From Candidatus Altimarinota bacterium (lineage in GTDB: Bacteria > Patescibacteriota > Gracilibacteria > UBA1369), in NCBI GenBank assembly GCA_041659405.1, contig JBAZYK010000017.1, positions 1 to 15,883 on the forward strand: a DNA stretch of 15,883 nt, read 5' to 3'. Positions within the stretch are counted from its first letter, which is position 1. Each line of letters opens with the position of its first letter. Below the pieces are notes generated by a model. That model made no database searches. It was not told the origin of the DNA and saw nothing but the letters and a program-made list of their open reading frames with translations. Positions 14,446 through 15,883 of this stretch are shown here, piece by piece. The position numbers were made by a program, and so were the translations under genes.

Positions 14446-15747
14446 ATGAAAAAAGGAAAAGTATTAGTTGGAATGTCGGGAGGAGTGGATTCTTCTGTAA
14501 CTGCATGCCTTTTAAAAGATCAGGGATATGATGTTATTGGCATACACATGCATTTTTGGACAGATCCAACCGTTTTTAGTGCAGAGGATTCGGAGAAATT
14601 TCCGCAAAACAAATGTTGCACGCTGGAAGGGCTTTCCCGCGCGCGCAGCATGACCCATCGTTTGGGAATTCCTTTTTACGTTGTGAATTTTGAGGAGCCT
14701 TTTAAAACCCATGTTGTTGATTTTTTTGTTGATGGATATAGCAGGGGGATCACGCCAAACCCTTGTGTGGAATGCAATCGCAACATTAAGTTTGGATTAT
14801 TTTTAAAGAAGATGCAGGAACTTGGCGCCGATTATGTTGCCACAGGCCATTATGCCCGCAAGGTAACGGTTAAAAGCGGCGATAGCCGCAAAAATAATCC
14901 TGGGAGCGAGCACCACGAACTTTGGACAACCAAAGATCAAAATGCCGAAAACGGCGGCGAAAAATACGAACTTTGGACAGCCAAGGATCAAAAAAAAGAT
15001 CAGAGTTATTTTTTGTATGTTTTGACTCAGGAAAAACTGAAGCATATTCTTTTTCCGCTGGGTGACTACACCAAGCCGGAAGTACGTGAGCTAGCCAAAA
15101 AATATGGAATTGAAGAAATTAATAAACAAAAAGAAAGTCAGAATCTTTGTTTTTTTCCGGAACGTCAGCATGGCGATTTTTTAAAGCGCTATCTGCAAAA
15201 ACAGCAATTTGAATCGGGGCCGATTGTCACAACAGCAGGCCAAAAAATTGGCACGCATCAGGGCTTGCCGCTTTATACCATTGGTCAAAGAAAAGGCCTT
15301 GGAATTGGCGGAGTTAAAGGTTTCGAAGATCAGGATGGCTGGTACGTGGTGAAAATTGATAAAGAAAATAATGCTTTAGTTGTTGGAAAACGTGAGGAAC
15401 TTTTTCAAAATAAATTCCAGGCGGAAAATTTAACCTTTATTGCGGGAGTCCCTCCGGTTGCTAACGGGCCAATTATTGTCGGCGCCAAGCCAATTGCCGC
15501 AGGGGCAAATTCAACAGAATCAGTAGCAAATCCAGCAGAAGTCACAGGAATTACCGCGCGCATTCGCTATCACGCGGAACTTAGCCCTGCCAAAGTAACC
15601 TTCATTCCAGACAAAAAAAATCCACAAAATTTGATTGCACAGGTTGAACTGGAACGACCACAAGCCGCCATCACCCCGGGCCAGTCCGTTGTTTTTTATG
15701 AAGGTGAAAAAGTTCTGGGCGGAGGAATCATCACCAGCCAATCTTAA
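14446..15747 (+). CDS. mnmA: tRNA-specific 2-thiouridylase MnmA
   Basis: I use ATG 14446 (MKKGKVLVGMSGGVDSSV, a PP-loop SGGxDS). The part of the ORF track upstream of it (14164-14445) overlaps rel on the other strand and has no MnmA similarity. Other motifs: NPCVECNRNIKFG, ADYVATGHYAR, KDQSYFLY and TPGQSVVFYEGEKVLGGGII. Confidence 0.95.
   Translation: MKKGKVLVGMSGGVDSSVTACLLKDQGYDVIGIHMHFWTDPTVFSAEDSEKFPQNKCCTLEGLSRARSMTHRLGIPFYVVNFEEPFKTHVVDFFVDGYSRGITPNPCVECNRNIKFGLFLKKMQELGADYVATGHYARKVTVKSGDSRKNNPGSEHHELWTTKDQNAENGGEKYELWTAKDQKKDQSYFLYVLTQEKLKHILFPLGDYTKPEVRELAKKYGIEEINKQKESQNLCFFPERQHGDFLKRYLQKQQFESGPIVTTAGQKIGTHQGLPLYTIGQRKGLGIGGVKGFEDQDGWYVVKIDKENNALVVGKREELFQNKFQAENLTFIAGVPPVANGPIIVGAKPIAAGANSTESVANPAEVTGITARIRYHAELSPAKVTFIPDKKNPQNLIAQVELERPQAAITPGQSVVFYEGEKVLGGGIITSQS
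14917..14993 (+). repeat. In-frame 51-nt-period duplication inside mnmA (gaactttggacaRccaaRgatcaaaa x2)
   Basis: The 26-mers at 14917-14942 and 14968-14993 match at 24 of 26 positions. They encode ELWTTKDQN and ELWTAKDQK. Confidence 0.85.
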
Positions 15748-15759
15748 GGCCATGATCAG

Positions 15760-15883
15760 CACCCCTTTCCAAGATTTCAAGGAACAAAAGCCGAAATAAT
15801 GGCTTAGGAGTCTGCAAAAATAACTTTTAAGTCAAGTGGTGGTTCAGCGGTCATTTCATAGAGCTTTTTGAGGCCTCCAAGCA
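15760..15883. repeat. Right arm of a perfect 124-bp inverted repeat (partner 3-126)
   Basis: See the left arm. The inner breakpoint lies 13 nt downstream of the mnmA stop codon (15745-15747). Confidence 0.97.

Noticed and set aside
1-15883. Terminal inverted repeats plus ~16-kb length, considered as a linear plasmid or tectivirus-like genome with ITRs.
   Set aside because: The gene content is chromosomal housekeeping and defence (rel, mnmA, type I R-M). There is no protein-primed DNA polymerase, terminal protein, capsid or packaging ATPase. The left arm starts at nt 3, not nt 1.
1-15883. Alternative genetic code (UGA recoding, as in some CPR lineages).
   Set aside because: All major ORFs are intact under code 11. 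TGA terminates both the HNH gene (11786-11788) and rel (11977-11979) at sensible C-termini. I saw no conserved domain interrupted by an in-frame TGA.

Overview
This 15.9-kb window is about 40% GC by eye. It appears to come from a small-genome bacterium with little Shine-Dalgarno usage, possibly an uncultivated or CPR-like lineage; that placement is inference only. LEFT (1-6650): a type I restriction-modification locus that looks like type IC. The window enters at the last 27 codons of an upstream ORF, probably hsdM. hsdS and hsdR follow, then three co-directional accessory genes: a DUF2130-like CxxC/coiled-coil/D..ExK protein, an NT5C-type HAD 5'(3')-deoxyribonucleotidase, and a DUF1643-like protein. 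MIDDLE (6650-9900): a 5'-truncated copy of the last ~120 codons of a SAM-methyltransferase-like gene, then a two-gene membrane-protein cassette with its own extended -10 promoter, then the full-length 512-aa methyltransferase-like gene. The two methyltransferase segments are ~0.42-kb direct repeats at ~95% identity. RIGHT (9900-15750): a 349-bp AT-rich divergent intergenic region, a DUF222-like/HNH endonuclease gene, and a ~190-bp island of ~65% GC that is rich in repeats and G-quadruplex-prone. Then comes a long bifunctional Rel (RSH) that carries an extra C-terminal four-helix membrane domain and lacks the conserved Cys/zinc-finger segment, followed by mnmA. The first and last 124 nt of the window form a perfect inverted repeat that carries the hsdM-3'/hsdS-5' junction. 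I recognised no tRNA, rRNA, CRISPR array, transposase, integrase or reverse transcriptase. The standard code fits: TAA, TAG and TGA all terminate good ORFs. The best candidates for something new are the extended RM operon (hsdR-DUF2130-NT5C-DUF1643), the membrane-anchored Rel, the duplicated methyltransferase tail flanking the membrane cassette, and the terminal inverted repeat, which could be a real invertible structure or a fold-back assembly artefact.
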